A DNA stretch of 64,000 bases from Torpedo marmorata (Eukaryota). The stretch spans positions 6,572,001 through 6,636,000 of the forward strand of contig OZ360249.1 in the NCBI GenBank assembly GCA_977017645.1. Direction: 5' to 3'. Below, in pieces: positions 61,099 to 64,000 of the stretch; positions within the stretch are counted from its first letter, which is position 1; every line of letters begins with the position of its first letter. The notes below the pieces were generated by a model. That model saw nothing but the letters and a program-made list of their open reading frames with translations, was not told where the DNA came from and made no database searches. The translations under genes were made by a program, and so were the position numbers.

Positions 61099-61225
61099 AG
61101 GAGGTGAATGAAGTTCACAGGGCCTCTTCTTTTCTTATGCTAACGCCGAATACATGTCCCAATGCTTACTGGCCTGGAAATATAAACGGTTCTGCCTAAA
61201 ACCCTCCAATAATCCGCGCTGGTGT

Positions 61226-61273
61226 TTGGGGGTGTGGGGGGGGGGGGGTGTGGGTGGGTGGGGGGGGGGAGGG
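61226..61273 (+). repeat. G-rich tract, potential G-quadruplex
   Basis: More than four G3+ runs with 1-3 nt loops. Confidence 0.6.
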
Positions 61274-62376
61274 AATGCAGATCTGTAGCTAATTGCTGCT
61301 GCTTGCTTTTCTGAACTTGTAATGTCTGCCAGGATTGAACCACTCTCCACCTTCTGTGTGCTGTGGTTGAGTTTATGAGTACGAATATTCTTTGCAACCG
61401 GAATCCTGGCCGGTTTTGTTTTTGAATCACGGTACGTCACTGCGCCACATTTGTGGTGTTACAAAAGAGTATTAAGTGCGTTTTCTCCAATAATAAAGCA
61501 TGCAGATGCGAAAATAATTAGGTTGCTTGTGCTGGTCTGCGAACCATTGTCCTGGTAACTATTACAGCTATCAATATCACAAACTGTTTACTCAATAAAA
61601 TTTAAAAAAAACTGTCATACGTTTCTAAAAACGACTAACTAAATATCAACGAATAAAAACAGACACGATCCCCTTCGTCAGCCGGCTAAAGCCCGGCTCC
61701 ATTTGCAGCCCTTTCAAAGTTCCATTCAATTGGGTTCATTAAAACAGTGGGGTTTAATTCAACCTCATCGCTTTGAACTTGTCAATGGTTTTTTTTTTGC
61801 TTTGGATCGAGGTTAAAAGATTGGTGACTATTAAAAGCAAAATGTTGCTATATGGAGCAAATTAGCAGAGAAATCATCGGGTGAACGGCTTGTGATTTTA
61901 ACAAATTAGATTAATGACACTGTACAATGGGTTGAAGGTGGATCCAAACGCAGCAACTAGATCTCTCTGAACTGCACCCCCCCCCCACCCCCTACATTCA
62001 AAGGCTTTCATTATGCACTCCATCCAAACCTTGCTGCCGCTGTTGTGTTTCGTGAGAAGAAAACGCAGCGAACGTGATTTCAAATTCTTCAGTGAAACAT
62101 TTCATTTGAGCACAGGCTGCTATGTTAACACATCCCCTCATCCGCACCCTTCCCCTTCCCCTGCCAACGAACTCCCTCACCGGACCATCACCTTGACAGC
62201 ACGCGGGCACTAAACATGAAGCGATTTGCATTGGGAGAGCATGTGCACTTGAAAGAACCTTGAACACTTATTTTTAGGGCTCAAACAGTAAAGTCGTTTC
62301 CAAGGATATCTAACAAGGACAGCAGCAACTATTTGCATTTATATGCATCAGAATAAAACTCGCTCCGGGACAGCTC

Positions 62377-62391
62377 GCGGCCATCTACAGG
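62377..62391 (-). promoter_or_regulatory. Possible CTCF site
   Basis: Minus strand CCTGTAGATGGCCGC resembles the CTCF core CCAGYAGRKGGCRS with mismatches. Confidence 0.3.
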
Positions 62392-64000
62392 TGTGAGCAT
62401 ATAAGGCCTAGGATAATTCCTTCACCTTGGCTGTAACTGAATTAACCTCCTAACGAGGGTGGAGTTACATGGAATTATTGTTTGTCTCTGATTTTAAAGG
62501 CACCCCGTTTTAATATTTATTTGTGTAGAATGGATGGCGAACATTTAATATATTGGTCCCCTCTGTTTTGTAAATATTTCCTGTTGATATTGCCCATCAC
62601 AAGGAAATTACCGCAATGTATTAAAACAAGTAACGAAACACCTCTTTAGGTTTGAAGCTATTATTGAGAGACATGTTCCTAACAGAAGGGCGAAATATGC
62701 CAAATTACACATGCTTATCAGACCTGTTATTAAGGGCTTTTGCTCTACAGAAGGGGCTAGAAGCTGCATTTATGTCGACCAAGCACCTCCACCAGGCAAA
62801 TAGAGCGTTTAAAGTTATATCTCCTCTACGGCAGGACCCCTCCCTCCCAACACATACACATTGGTCACATTTCAAAGGAAATCGTTATTGCAAAGTAAAA
62901 CCTGCCCCCGATCAAGTCTCTTCTTCGTCTGATCTTGACGATTAAAAGGCGGTTAACATTTTAAGTGTTTCAGATGCTTCACGATATTGAGGAGGAGAGA
63001 GCAGACGACTTTGTTACTTATTTTGGACGATTTCGCCTTTTCAAACCCGTGGCAACCCTCTGATAACGCGGAAACCTACATCTTATGTCACTATTGGTTT
63101 ATGCCGATAAATGAGAATAAGACAAAAAAAAGTGCATTTGAAGAGTACATCTGCAAATATGCAATCTGTCATTTTCCCCTGATTTTTTGATCATTGCTGA
63201 GTGATAGCGGGGACTTTGTACAGACTACTGGCGGAATTGGCGGAATTTGATCCTCGAGGATATTTGAAACTAACCTGAAACAGACAATTTAGAGCTCTGG
63301 AAAATGATAGGGCAGGGCGGAGAGAGGGTGATTTGGCGTTGTTCCATCGCGTCATCATCGAGCTGAACGGAACTGAACGACAGAGCTGGGTCTATACAGG
63401 GCCTTATCGCGCTTCAAACGTCTTCCGGCCTTCATGTGAAGCGTCGTGCTTATCACTTGGAAGGGAATTGCAGCAATCAGTTTGTGCCACTGCAAGATTT
63501 ACTGAAACGCCAATGAGATAAATATTCAATGAACCTGGTGGTGATTAAGAGAGAAATAAAGGACGAGCAAATGGGAAAGCTCGCTGCTTCTAGGGAAAGG
63601 TGCAGTGGAATCTTATAATATGCATCTGGAGGACAGACAGGAATGTTAGGTGTCACCGGAGGAAGGCAACTTGCAGAGCGCAGCACCTTCTTGGAACAAC
63701 TCTAAGGGATGATACATTCTTCTCCTCTTGCAAGCCACACAATGTCCTGAGTGGGTGGTGAAAACAAGGGATACGTTACCCCAGCCAACACTTGGGGCAA
63801 ATGTTGAAGCCCAATAAGTGGAGCAGGGAAGAGGGTTATGGTAACAGCATTGGGCGAGGAAGCCTGCTCTATTTGAGCATAGCGTGGACTGGTTAGGCCA
63901 AATGTCATAGATTAGATTTAGATTTCAGATTTATTGTCAGATTCTTGGTATTGCAAAAAAAGATGACTCAACGTTCACATGTAAACAAATAAAGAAATAC

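Larger units (their letters stand above)
53100..64000. promoter_or_regulatory. CpG-retaining, TE-poor domain 2
   Basis: CpG reappears in unique AT-rich DNA. Only short or old repeats are present, and TF-motif clusters are dense. Confidence 0.6.

Noticed and set aside
1-64000. CRISPR array, operon or prokaryotic defence system
   Set aside because: No regularly spaced repeats with spacers and no gene-dense structure; the sequence is clearly vertebrate.
1893-64000. Naming the locus (e.g. SIX6 with SIX6OS1, or RAX)
   Set aside because: The motif grammar is suggestive, but no exon or peptide matched any gene I can recognise; a homology search is needed.

Overview
Eukaryotic, vertebrate genomic DNA. 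The repeat inventory (HE1-type V-SINEs, CR1, Rex1/Babar, L1, Penelope-like elements, Deu-domain SINE remnants) points to a cartilaginous fish, probably a ray; the taxon is an inference. I recognise no host protein-coding gene, and every long, recognisable ORF is transposon-derived: CR1 ORF2 (12.9-15.0 kb), L1 ORF2 C-terminus (20.6-22.2 kb), Rex1/Babar RT pieces, Penelope RT/GIY-YIG pieces and a Chapaev3-type transposase fragment. The window has four compositional blocks: (1) 1-27.3 kb, TE-dense with CpG-poor unique DNA; (2) ~27.3-44 kb, CpG-retaining and TE-poor, containing a 218-N gap; (3) ~44-53 kb, CpG-depleted and TE-rich; (4) ~53-64 kb, CpG-retaining and TE-poor. Blocks 2 and 4 carry clusters of homeodomain/SOX/POU/MEIS motifs and a strong REST/RE1 match, which suggests the regulatory landscape of a neural developmental gene lying outside the window. 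The most notable items are minimal hammerhead-ribozyme motifs in the Penelope elements, a locally templated ~360-bp insertion with a 32-bp target duplication, young L1 and CR1 insertions, paired Chapaev3 derivatives and stacked hAT MITEs. I could not demonstrate a wholly new biological system from the sequence alone. Family names come from recalled motifs, not database searches, and boundaries of degraded repeats are approximate.
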